Origin: Patescibacteria group bacterium
Lineage (GTDB): Bacteria; Patescibacteriota; Patescibacteriia; UBA1558; UBA10009
Length of the DNA stretch: 64,000 nucleotides
NCBI GenBank assembly: GCA_018817315.1
Contig: JAHITV010000018.1
Location: forward strand, 12,012 to 76,011
Direction of reading: 5' to 3'
The notes under the pieces were generated by a model. It was not told the origin of the DNA. It made no database searches and was given only the letters and a program-made list of their open reading frames with translations. The translations under genes and the position numbers were made by a program. Positions 49,348-57,996 of the stretch are shown here, one piece after another. Each line of letters opens with the position of its first letter. The stretch's first letter is position 1.

Positions 49348-50862
49348 ATGGCTTATAAAATTTTTGCCCGCGAAGTGGCTGCTCCTTTTTCTCCTATGCT
49401 TTTTTATTCTTTAGCAGAGATTGACGAAAGAGTTAATAAAATAGCGGGTTTTAAAGCAAAATCATCTTTACAAGAAGTCGTAGAAACAAATATCAGGTGG
49501 TGTTTGGAAGAGCAAAACACTTTAGCTATCCAAAAGAAAGTTTTTAAGAAGCTGGCAAAAAAACAGTTTTACCAAAAGGTGGTAAAAGAAAGTTATTCAA
49601 CCTTGGAAAAATTTAAACAAGCAATTCTTTTAATTAGAAAGCAAAATTTTAAAAAATTTACAGCCGGAGAATTAGCCCAATCTTTAGATAATTTTATAAA
49701 GATTTGGATTAAAGCTACTATTTGGGGACATATTATTAATATGTCTGATTTTCATTTTAATTTGTTGAGCGCTAAGCTTATAAAGTTAATCACAGAAAGG
49801 ATTAAAAAAAATAAAATAAAAGTTTCTACTGCCGAAGTGTTTGCCGTTTTAACTACTCCTCTTAAACGGAGTTTGCTTTTAGAGCAAGATCTAAACATGT
49901 TAAAATTACTAAAAGAGATTCAAAAGAATAAAGATTTAGAAAATTCCTTCAGGCAAAATAAAAATTTAAGAGCTAAATTAGAAAAATCATCTCTTTGGCC
50001 TAAAATCAAAGCTCATACCAAAAAATATGATTGGTTGCAGTATCATTATCTCGGTCCTACCATACTTTCGGTAAATTATTTTATTGAACTTTTACAAGGA
50101 TTAGTTAAGCAGAAAGTAAAAGCAGAAGAGAATTTAAAAGACTTAATGAATAAAGAAAAAGAAACAGAGGAGAAACAAGAAGAATTAAAAGATAAACTGA
50201 AATTCACTTCATCAGAGCTTTACTGGATAGAAATGGCTAAAGAGTTTATTTACTTAAAAGGTTATAGAAAAGATCTCACTTTTATGGCTTGCCGCTCTTA
50301 TGAGGACTTGTTAAAGGAGATGGCTAAAAGGTTTGATATTTCTTTAAAACAATTACAGTTTATGACTTTGGAAGAAATCTTAGATGGTTTAAGAAATAAT
50401 AATTATCCAAACCCGGATTTATTAAATGAACGGTTTAAATATTGCGTTATTTATTATCCTCAAGGCAAGGCAAAAGTGTATGTTGGTAAAAAAGCTAGAA
50501 AAATGGCAGAAAAAATTAAGGAAGAGAAAATTTCAGAAAAATTAAGAGAGTTTAAAGGTACGCCTGCTTTTCCGGGTAAAGCTACAGGTAAGGTAATTAA
50601 AGTATTTAATAGTAAAGATATGTCTAAGATGAAAGAAAAAAGGATTTTAGTTTCTCCTGCCACTAATCCTAATATTATGCCGGCTATTACTAAAGCTGCC
50701 GCTATTATCACTGATGAAGGTGGTATTACCTGTCATGCCGCTATCGTCAGCCGAGAATTAAAAATACCTTGTGTTATTGGCACTAAAATTGCTACACAAG
50801 TTCTTAAAGACGGTGATAAAGTGGAGGTAGATGCGGAGCAGGGTATTGTCAAAATTTTATAA
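49348..50862 (+). CDS. PEP-utilizing swivel-domain protein, array paralog 8
   Basis: 'TDEGGITCHAAIVSRELKIPCVIGT' at the C-terminus. Confidence 0.7.
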   Translation: MAYKIFAREVAAPFSPMLFYSLAEIDERVNKIAGFKAKSSLQEVVETNIRWCLEEQNTLAIQKKVFKKLAKKQFYQKVVKESYSTLEKFKQAILLIRKQNFKKFTAGELAQSLDNFIKIWIKATIWGHIINMSDFHFNLLSAKLIKLITERIKKNKIKVSTAEVFAVLTTPLKRSLLLEQDLNMLKLLKEIQKNKDLENSFRQNKNLRAKLEKSSLWPKIKAHTKKYDWLQYHYLGPTILSVNYFIELLQGLVKQKVKAEENLKDLMNKEKETEEKQEELKDKLKFTSSELYWIEMAKEFIYLKGYRKDLTFMACRSYEDLLKEMAKRFDISLKQLQFMTLEEILDGLRNNNYPNPDLLNERFKYCVIYYPQGKAKVYVGKKARKMAEKIKEEKISEKLREFKGTPAFPGKATGKVIKVFNSKDMSKMKEKRILVSPATNPNIMPAITKAAAIITDEGGITCHAAIVSRELKIPCVIGTKIATQVLKDGDKVEVDAEQGIVKIL

Positions 50863-50866
50863 ATTT

Positions 50867-52336
50867 ATGTCTAAGATTAATTGGATCCAAGTAACCAAAA
50901 GCGGAAAACTTCCTTTATTTTTAATGTGTACTATCCCTTATGCTTATAAGGAAGGATATCTGGGAAAAGTTTTAAAAGCTGATTTTAAAATTCATTATTA
51001 TCGTAGGATTTTAGGAGCATCTTATTTTGCTAAAAAAGAATGGGATGATTATTTAAAATTGATTAAAATTAAAGAGAACAATAATCCAGGTTATTTACTG
51101 AAAATAGGAACAGAGTTTGAAAAAAGAATTAAAGAGATTATTCTTTTCTGTAAAAAATATAATAATCGTGATTTTTCTAAAGTAAAGTTGCAGGAGCTCA
51201 AAAAGATTTATGATCAGTTTATTGATTTAAAAAAACAATGGCTTACTCCTGATTACACTTATTATGTAATAGATCGCTATTTACCAGAAATTCTTACTAT
51301 AGAAATTTCTAAAAAGCTGAAAAATAAAGAAAGGTTTAATGAAATTATTGAAGTCCTTACTAGTCTTGATCGTTCAACCCTGATCAGAGAGGAAAAAGTC
51401 CGGTTATTAAAATTAGCTGATTTAATAAAGAAAAAGAAATTCTCTTTTAAAAGTAAAAAGATCCAGAAACTAATTAAAAATCATATAGAAAAATTCGGTT
51501 TTCTTAATTATTATTTTTATTATTATAAACCTTATACTGCGATTCAGTTAGAAAAAAGAATTAAGGAAATTTTAGGTAAAAATATTAAGGCAGAAATCAA
51601 AAAAGTTGCAGCACAAGAGAAAAACAAAGAATTAACTCAAAAAATAATTCAAGAGCTTAATTTATCTAAAAAAACGCGGCTTATTATTAAAACTTTAAAA
51701 CAATGGGGATATTGTCTTAATTATCTTGATGAAGCTGGTTGTTTGATTAATCATTACTTTAAAAATTTTCTTTTAGAATTAGCTAAAAGGATGAAGATAA
51801 GTTATGCTATGTTAGTGGAGATGAATTTTGAAGAAATTGATGACTTTTTTAAAAAAGGAGAAATTTCTCCTCAACTGAAAATAAAATTAAAAGAAAGGAT
51901 AAAAAGCTGGGGATTGATTTGGAGCGGCGGAAAATTAAATATTTATTCAGGCAAGGAGTTAGCGAAATTGGAAAAAAGCGAAGTAAAGCAAAAAAAAACT
52001 CAAACAAAACAGGTCAAATTAATAAAAGGAGTTAATGCCTCCTCTGGAGTGGTAAAAGGGAAGATTCGGCTTTTGGAAAGTCATTGTGACATTTTTAAGA
52101 TGAAAAAAGGCGAAATTTTAGTAACTTCCAAAACCAATCCTAAATTTGTTCCTGCTATGGAAAAAGCTTTAGCTATTATTACTGATGAAGGCGGTTTACT
52201 TTCTCATGCGGCAGTTGTTTCCCGGGAATTAAAAATTCCTTGCATTACCGGTACTAAAATCGCCACTAAAATGCTCAAAAACGGAGATCAAGTGGAAGTA
52301 GATGCGGATAAGGGTATAGTTAAAAAAATAAAATAA
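50867..52336 (+). CDS. PEP-utilizing swivel-domain protein, array paralog 9
   Basis: 'TDEGGLLSHAAVVSRELKIPCITGT' at the C-terminus. The start is set at the internal Met after the previous gene's stop. Confidence 0.65.
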   Translation: MSKINWIQVTKSGKLPLFLMCTIPYAYKEGYLGKVLKADFKIHYYRRILGASYFAKKEWDDYLKLIKIKENNNPGYLLKIGTEFEKRIKEIILFCKKYNNRDFSKVKLQELKKIYDQFIDLKKQWLTPDYTYYVIDRYLPEILTIEISKKLKNKERFNEIIEVLTSLDRSTLIREEKVRLLKLADLIKKKKFSFKSKKIQKLIKNHIEKFGFLNYYFYYYKPYTAIQLEKRIKEILGKNIKAEIKKVAAQEKNKELTQKIIQELNLSKKTRLIIKTLKQWGYCLNYLDEAGCLINHYFKNFLLELAKRMKISYAMLVEMNFEEIDDFFKKGEISPQLKIKLKERIKSWGLIWSGGKLNIYSGKELAKLEKSEVKQKKTQTKQVKLIKGVNASSGVVKGKIRLLESHCDIFKMKKGEILVTSKTNPKFVPAMEKALAIITDEGGLLSHAAVVSRELKIPCITGTKIATKMLKNGDQVEVDADKGIVKKIK

Positions 52337-52338
52337 TT

Positions 52339-53745
52339 ATGTGGATAAAAAAATATACTCGTCCATCAAATGTTCAATATGATGAGCTGATCAGGGGCAG
52401 TGGTTTATTTCAGATACCTCTTCTTGTTTCAGTGATTAAGAGTTGTTTGGGTTTTCCGGTTGGCAAAGGTTTTTTGGAATTTTATATTCAAGAAAATGAA
52501 TGGGATAATCTAATGGAAAAAATGTCTAAGAAGATGTTGCGAGGACGGAATTTTTATCAAAGGTATGTTCAAGATTATCGCCAAGTTAGCAAACAATATT
52601 ATAAATCAGCTTTGCCTTTTAAAAAAGACTTAACCAAATTATCTAACAGGCAATTATTTAATCTTTATCAAAATTTTGTTAAATCAACTAGAGCAATGTG
52701 CTGGTTTTTTTATTCGGTTTGGGCAATTAATGAAGTCATTGAACCGGCATTCAAGAAAAAGATAATTAAAAAGTTTGGCGCTAAAGCTAAAAAGATTCTT
52801 TTAGCCATTAATTCCTTAACCCAAACCATCAGATTTGATCAACAACTAAAAGAGCTGTTAATTCTTAAAGATAAGGGCAATATTAATCAAAAAACATTAC
52901 AGGCCCATGTTCAGAAATGGGGTTATTTAAAAGTCTACGCGCCTCATCATCAACCTTTCAAAAGCGCTGATTTTCTTAAGATGATTAAAGGTGTTAAACC
53001 AAAAAAGCAACTCAAGGAAATAATAAAAGGATTAAAAGAAAATCAGAAGCAATATCAACAAGCTTTACAATTATTAAAGATCAATGAGGGATTATTTAAT
53101 CTAGCGCGCCTGATAAATTTGAATATTTATTTAAGAAACGAAAGGATGGATTTATATCGTGAAGTGACGATGTTAGTCAAGCCCTTTTATCAGGAATTAG
53201 ATCGGCGTTTGGGTTTGGCCAATTACCAGTCATCCTTTTTAACCATTGATGAGATAAATCAATTTCTGTTAAAAAATAAAAAACCAAATTTTCGTGAAAT
53301 TAAAGAGCGCGCTAAAATAAAATATGCCTGGTATTGTCAAGGTAAAACCAGAAGGTTAATTTTAAATCAAGCTGAAATCAAAAAATTATATAAAAAGAAA
53401 CTTGGTTCAAAGGAAAAATATTACGAATTAAACGGCATGGTTGCTTATCCGGCCGGTAAAGTTAGAGGCAGAGTCAGGATTGTTATTTCGGTCCATGATG
53501 AATTAAAATTTTGTCCCAAAGAAATTTTGGTTACTCCCATGACTCGTCCTGAATACACTAATATTATGAAAAAAGCTGCGGCTATAGTGACTGATGAGGG
53601 TGGCGTGACCTGTCATGCCGCAGTTCTTTCTCGCGAGTTAAAAATACCTTGTGTGATTGGCACAAAAATCGCCACCAAAGTTCTTAAAGATGGTGATATG
53701 GTAGAAGTTGATGCCAATAAGGGAATTATTAAAAAGTTAAAGTAG
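52339..53745 (+). CDS. PEP-utilizing swivel-domain protein, array paralog 10
   Basis: 'TDEGGVTCHAAVLSRELKIPCVIGT' at the C-terminus. Confidence 0.7.
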   Translation: MWIKKYTRPSNVQYDELIRGSGLFQIPLLVSVIKSCLGFPVGKGFLEFYIQENEWDNLMEKMSKKMLRGRNFYQRYVQDYRQVSKQYYKSALPFKKDLTKLSNRQLFNLYQNFVKSTRAMCWFFYSVWAINEVIEPAFKKKIIKKFGAKAKKILLAINSLTQTIRFDQQLKELLILKDKGNINQKTLQAHVQKWGYLKVYAPHHQPFKSADFLKMIKGVKPKKQLKEIIKGLKENQKQYQQALQLLKINEGLFNLARLINLNIYLRNERMDLYREVTMLVKPFYQELDRRLGLANYQSSFLTIDEINQFLLKNKKPNFREIKERAKIKYAWYCQGKTRRLILNQAEIKKLYKKKLGSKEKYYELNGMVAYPAGKVRGRVRIVISVHDELKFCPKEILVTPMTRPEYTNIMKKAAAIVTDEGGVTCHAAVLSRELKIPCVIGTKIATKVLKDGDMVEVDANKGIIKKLK

Positions 53746-53758
53746 TATAAGTATAATC

Positions 53759-53907
53759 TAAGCTTTGGTCGCTTACTTTGTCATTCTGAATCCCGTCAAG
53801 TCAGAGCTGGCGGGATGAAGAATCTAATAGGTACATAATTTTAAAAGATTCTTTCGTCGCTCAGTCTGACTGAACTCCTCAGAATGACAATGTGCGACCA
53901 AAGCTTA
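53759..53907. repeat. Long composite palindromic element: outer arms taagctttggtcgc..tgtcattctga / tcagaatgacaatgtgcgaccaaagctta, enclosing about 90 nt with two inner hairpins
   Basis: Read directly. A compact copy of the same element lies at 54468-54508. Confidence 0.6.
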
Positions 53908-53951
53908 TCGATTAATTAAATAATAACCAAGAGAGGTAGATTAAAGATTTT

Positions 53952-54452
53952 ATGTTGGATAATATTTTGAAAGATATTTCAGCGAATATTAAAGATATAT
54001 GGATTAATATTATTATTTTTGTTTTTTTAATCCCATCTTTTATTTGGTGTTTAAAGTGGATATATAGAAAGTGTAAGCCATTAAAGATTAGTCCTAGTAG
54101 CAGAAAAATATTAACTTCGAAAGATGGAGATAATTATAGTGAAGAATTTTTTATTTATTTAATAAACCATACACAAAGAACTTACTATGATATAAGTATT
54201 ATTTCAAAGTTTCCAAAAGGTATTGTTTTGAGTACTTATCCTGAGCCAGCTACTCATGGAGATTGTGGAATTAGTTGTGAAGGTTCTGATCAGGTTATAA
54301 TTAACAATATTAGGGCTAAAGGACAGGTAAAAATAAAAGTAAATGTTGATAAGAACAAATATAATAAAAATTTTATCTTAAAATTTAAAATAACCAACTT
54401 TAGCAAAACTGCCAAGTCAGTTTATAGGGGTACAAGAAGACAAATAAGATAA
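53952..54452 (+). CDS. Hypothetical small protein (166 aa, N-terminal TM), very AT-rich; cassette-like, flanked by the two palindromic repeat copies
   Basis: The ORF is bounded by the 53759-53907 and 54468-54508 elements. Confidence 0.35.
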   Translation: MLDNILKDISANIKDIWINIIIFVFLIPSFIWCLKWIYRKCKPLKISPSSRKILTSKDGDNYSEEFFIYLINHTQRTYYDISIISKFPKGIVLSTYPEPATHGDCGISCEGSDQVIINNIRAKGQVKIKVNVDKNKYNKNFILKFKITNFSKTAKSVYRGTRRQIR

Positions 54453-54467
54453 TAACATAGATACTAT

Positions 54468-54508
54468 ACTTTGGTCGCTTACTCTGTCATAACAATGTGT
54501 GACCAAAG
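54468..54508. repeat. Compact copy of the palindromic element (ctttggtcgcttactctgtcat | aacaatgtgtgaccaaag)
   Basis: It shares both arm sequences with the 53759 element but lacks the roughly 95-nt core. Confidence 0.6.
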
Positions 54509-54525
54509 ATTATTAATCAATTGAA

Positions 54526-55143
54526 ATGACTAAGAAAAATAAAATTAAATTGATTATTTTTGATTGTTATGGTTTGGTTTTAAACGAAGGTTTTCCTAAT
54601 ACTGCCAAAGCTTTGACTAAAAAATTCGGAGGCAAGTATCAGGACTATTATAAGGTGATGTATAAAAAATATTTTAATTTAGCAGCAGAAAGAAAAGTAT
54701 CTCAAAAGCAAGCGTGGTTTAAAACAGTAGAACGTTTTAATCTTCCTTTAACTTGGCAGGAATTAAGAGATTTACATTATAGCTTAATGAAAGTAGATCA
54801 AAGAGTAATTAACCTAAATCAGCAATTAAACAGCAGGGGTTATAAGACATTACTTTTATCAAAAAACACTCGTAGTCAATTCAGCGATGTTTGTCGAAAA
54901 TTTGGTTTGAAAAATAAATTTAAAAATGTGATTAATACTTGGGAATTGGGATTGCCTAAAGCTAGTCAGGCAACGTTAAAAGTAATTTTGAAAAGATTTA
55001 AAGTTAAGCCCAAAGAGATAATTTATGCTGATGATCAAATGAATAATTTAACGGACGCTAGAAAAATGGGCATTAAAACTATTTTAGTTAAAAATTTTAA
55101 GCAGCTCAAAAAAGAATTGAATAGTCTTTTGATTTCTTCTTAA
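54526..55143 (+). CDS. HAD-superfamily hydrolase-like protein (motif I variant with a single Asp)
   Basis: 'KLIIFDCYGLV' (hhhDxx) and C-terminal 'IYADDQMNNLTDARKMGIKTILV' (motif IV DD). Confidence 0.4.
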   Translation: MTKKNKIKLIIFDCYGLVLNEGFPNTAKALTKKFGGKYQDYYKVMYKKYFNLAAERKVSQKQAWFKTVERFNLPLTWQELRDLHYSLMKVDQRVINLNQQLNSRGYKTLLLSKNTRSQFSDVCRKFGLKNKFKNVINTWELGLPKASQATLKVILKRFKVKPKEIIYADDQMNNLTDARKMGIKTILVKNFKQLKKELNSLLISS

Positions 55144-55219
55144 ACTTTATCCAATTGAGCTAGATAGAATCAACTTTTTATATTTGACACTTCGGCTTTT
55201 CGCTATGCTCAAGGCTCAG

Positions 55220-55256
55220 TGTCAACCCAGCCCCGCTTAGCGGGGCTGGGTTGACA
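55220..55256 (+). terminator. Rho-independent terminator: tgtcaacccagccccgc-ttag-cggggctgggttgaca followed by an A/T-rich run
   Basis: Perfect 16-bp GC-rich stem. Confidence 0.6.
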
Positions 55257-55312
55257 TAAATAATATTTGTGATAAGATATTTTCGTTATTGTTTTTTTGT
55301 GTACTCTTTTCA

Positions 55313-55405
55313 GGCACCGTAGCTCAATCGGTACCTGCCTGCCGGCAGGCAGGGAGCGCTTTCCAGATCGGGAAGAGGTTGCTGGTTCAAGTCCGGTCGG
55401 TGCCT
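55313..55405 (+). tRNA. Atypical tRNA (anticodon GAU-like, Ile?) carrying a 20-nt perfect palindrome (cctgcctgccggcaggcagg) inserted in the D-loop; possible pseudogene or intervening sequence
   Basis: Manual fold. Acceptor ggcaccg/cggtgcc. D-stem gctc...gagc, interrupted by the palindrome at 55334-55353. Anticodon loop cAGATCg has A33 and C37, both non-canonical. T-arm gctgg-ttcaagt-ccggt. Confidence 0.45.
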
Positions 55406-55422
55406 CAATTTACAGTTTAACA

Positions 55423-55496
55423 GGTGCTGTAGCTCAGGTGGTTAGAGCGCCTGTCTGATAAACAGGAGGTCGGAGGTTCGAGTCCTTTCAGCACCA
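55423..55496 (+). tRNA. tRNA-Ile (anticodon GAU)
   Basis: Manual fold. Acceptor ggtgctg/cagcacc. D-arm gctcaggtggttagagc. Anticodon stem cctgt/acagg with loop cTGATAa. T-loop ttcgagt. Confidence 0.8.
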
Positions 55497-55514
55497 CACT
55501 TTACAAATTCAACC

Positions 55515-55588
55515 GGCGGTGTAGCTCAGGTGGTTAGAGCGCCTCCGTGACATGGAAGAGGTCGCGGGTTCGACTCCCGACACCGTCA
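55515..55588 (+). tRNA. tRNA-Val (anticodon GAC)
   Basis: Manual fold. Acceptor ggcggtg/caccgtc (one G-U). D-arm gctcaggtggttagagc. Anticodon loop gTGACAt. T-arm gcggg-ttcgact-cccga. Confidence 0.75.
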
Positions 55589-55695
55589 CTATAAAGGCCT
55601 ATGCAATTAGATGGTAGGCTTTTTTCTTTGATTTATTCCCCTTCGCCCTTCGCTACGCTCAGGGCTTTGGGGAATGAAATAGATTAATTAAATAC

Positions 55696-55718
55696 CTCGT
55701 CCAGCTTAGCTGGACGAG
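55696..55718 (+). terminator. Perfect 10-bp hairpin ctcgtccagc-tta-gctggacgag downstream of the tRNA cluster
   Basis: Inverted repeat read directly, with no strong T-run. Confidence 0.4.
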
Positions 55719-55812
55719 ATGACAAATGTATTTCATAATAAATATTCTGGTCTAATAATTTTTGTTGTTAAAAATTATTTTTTATGTTATAATTAACTAA
55801 GATTTTTAACTT

Positions 55813-56793
55813 TTGATTTATATGAGTAAATATATTTTACCTTTTAGTAAACTGGATAATAAAAGTGTAAAAGTGGCTGGGGGTAAAGGTGCTTCTTTGG
55901 GCGAAATGACTCAAATTAAATTGCCAGTACCGCCAGGGTTTGTGGTTTTGGCTTCAGCTTTTGAGCATTTTATAAAAAATACCAAGCATCTTCACGGTAA
56001 AACCCAAGCTGATTTAAATGTAATGATTGCGGCTGCTTTAGATAAAGTTAATTATAAGGATGTTAATTCTATTGATCGTACCTCAAATGTTATTCGTGAT
56101 TTGATTAATAGATCAAAAGTATTACCAGAGATCAAAAAAGAGATAATTCAGGAGTTTAAAAAGTTTAAAGCTAAATGGGTAGCGGTGCGCTCTTCTGCTA
56201 CTGCTGAAGATTCTAAAATTGCTTCCTGGGCAGGAGAGCTAGACACCTTTTTGTATGTTGATGAAAAGAAATTAGTAGAGACAGTTAAAAAATGTTGGTC
56301 TTCTCTTTTTACGCCTAGGGCGATTTTTTATCGTTTTGAAAAAAAGCTTCTTAAAGTTCCGGTTAGTGTGGCAGTGGTAATTCAGCAAATGGTCAAAAGT
56401 GAAATTTCGGGCGTAGCTTTTAGTGTTCATCCAGTAAGTAAGGACAAAAACCATCTGATTATAGAGGCCGGTTATGGTTTAGGTGAAGCCATTGTTTCTG
56501 GCACCATTACTCCTGATACTTATGTAGTCCAAAAAAAAGAGAATACTATTTTAGATGTTAATATCAGTACTCAACAAAAACAGATTGTGATGAAGACAGG
56601 CGGCGGCAGTATTTTAAAGCCAGTAGCTAAAAGCATGCAGTCCAAACAAAAATTAACCGGTAAGGAGATTATAGAATTAGCACAAATTATTAAGAAAATT
56701 GAAAAACATTATAAATCTCCGCAGGATATTGAATGGGCTTTGGTTAAAGGTAAGTTTTATGTATTACAATCAAGACCAATTACTACTTTATAA
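55813..56793 (+). CDS. Stand-alone PEP synthase / pyruvate phosphate dikinase / rifampin-phosphotransferase-type N-terminal ATP-grasp (PPDK_N) nucleotide-binding domain protein
   Basis: 'KSVKVAGGKGASLGEMTQIKLPVPPGFVVLASAFEHFI' matches the PPDK_N start. C-terminal 'PQDIEWALVKGKFYVLQSRPITT' matches the domain end. The 326 aa include no swivel or PEP-binding domains. Confidence 0.75.
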   Translation: MIYMSKYILPFSKLDNKSVKVAGGKGASLGEMTQIKLPVPPGFVVLASAFEHFIKNTKHLHGKTQADLNVMIAAALDKVNYKDVNSIDRTSNVIRDLINRSKVLPEIKKEIIQEFKKFKAKWVAVRSSATAEDSKIASWAGELDTFLYVDEKKLVETVKKCWSSLFTPRAIFYRFEKKLLKVPVSVAVVIQQMVKSEISGVAFSVHPVSKDKNHLIIEAGYGLGEAIVSGTITPDTYVVQKKENTILDVNISTQQKQIVMKTGGGSILKPVAKSMQSKQKLTGKEIIELAQIIKKIEKHYKSPQDIEWALVKGKFYVLQSRPITTL

Positions 56794-56819
56794 GATGTTT
56801 TTTGTAAAATAAAATTTAC

Positions 56820-57989
56820 ATGGTAGATGATAATTTACAATTAGATGACCTGACAGAAGAAATGATTATTAGGGATGAAGAGGGAAATTATAAAATCCTT
56901 AAAGACGGTAAATTATTGCCTTATCCAGCAAAAATCACACTTTCTCTCCCTCAATCAGCGCTACCCAAAGAAGAAGAAAAAGAAGTCAGTCAGTCAGTTA
57001 TTAAAACTGCTCAAGGTCATCCGGCTCTACAGCCGCCAGTGCCTGCTACTATTAGCAAAAAAGGAGCTGCTTTTTATTTTGCTCCCGAAGATGAAGAAGA
57101 AGTAGCAAAAATAAAATTACCTAAAGATACAATTCCCTCAAAAAAATATTCTTTGGATAAGATCCTAACTAAAGTTATTGTAAATAATGAAATAGAAAAT
57201 TTGTCGGAGGAAATAAAGTCAAGGTTAAAGAATGCTATCTTTTCCTATTTAAGAGATAGAAGGACTTTCGTGGATATGTCGGAGATTTTAAAACGTTCTC
57301 AAAGTAATGGCGGGTTAGAATTTGATCAATTGCTGGCAGAAAAAATAATGAGTTTTTTAAAAGAGGTTAAGGATAAAATTACTCAAGAGAAAGGTTTAGT
57401 TATTAAAGAGGAAATTAGCAAAATTGCTTTAAAAGAGCAATTAGTGCCGCCAGTTAGAAAAGTTCCTCCTGTGGTAGTAGATATTCCTAAGCCAAAAGAG
57501 GTAGAAATTAAAGCAAGGCCACCAAAAATTGAACTAATAAAAAAAGTTGAACCAATAAAAATAAAAAAGCAGGTTAAAGCACTACCAGTTAAACAGCCAG
57601 TCCGTCCTCAACGTGCTGTTAAGGAAGGCAAAGTTGCCATGAGGGATGTTCGTAAAGATTATAAATTAGTTGGGCCGGTAGAAGAGCTAGTTAGTCTTTC
57701 TTTGCAGACTTTGCATAGACTTGCGTCTAAACCCCAGGAACAAGTCCAAAAAATCCTGGAAAAGATTAATCGTTTAGGTGAAGATTCATTGGCAAAAAAA
57801 ACTGCCGGTATTCAGGGTTGGCGACGCAGTCCTTTGTATAAGATGTATTTAGCTATTGGACAGGCCAGCATGGAACATGGAGTTTCAGTAAAAGATATAA
57901 TTAATCAATATCATGCCCAGGGTAAAGATATCTTAACCATGGAAGAATTTGAGACAATTTCTGATATTAATAAAAAATTAAGATTTTAA
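56820..57989 (+). CDS. Hypothetical protein (389 aa; Pro/Lys-rich central region)
   Basis: Long ORF with no recognised motif. Confidence 0.4.
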   Translation: MVDDNLQLDDLTEEMIIRDEEGNYKILKDGKLLPYPAKITLSLPQSALPKEEEKEVSQSVIKTAQGHPALQPPVPATISKKGAAFYFAPEDEEEVAKIKLPKDTIPSKKYSLDKILTKVIVNNEIENLSEEIKSRLKNAIFSYLRDRRTFVDMSEILKRSQSNGGLEFDQLLAEKIMSFLKEVKDKITQEKGLVIKEEISKIALKEQLVPPVRKVPPVVVDIPKPKEVEIKARPPKIELIKKVEPIKIKKQVKALPVKQPVRPQRAVKEGKVAMRDVRKDYKLVGPVEELVSLSLQTLHRLASKPQEQVQKILEKINRLGEDSLAKKTAGIQGWRRSPLYKMYLAIGQASMEHGVSVKDIINQYHAQGKDILTMEEFETISDINKKLRF

Positions 57990-57996
57990 TGATTTG

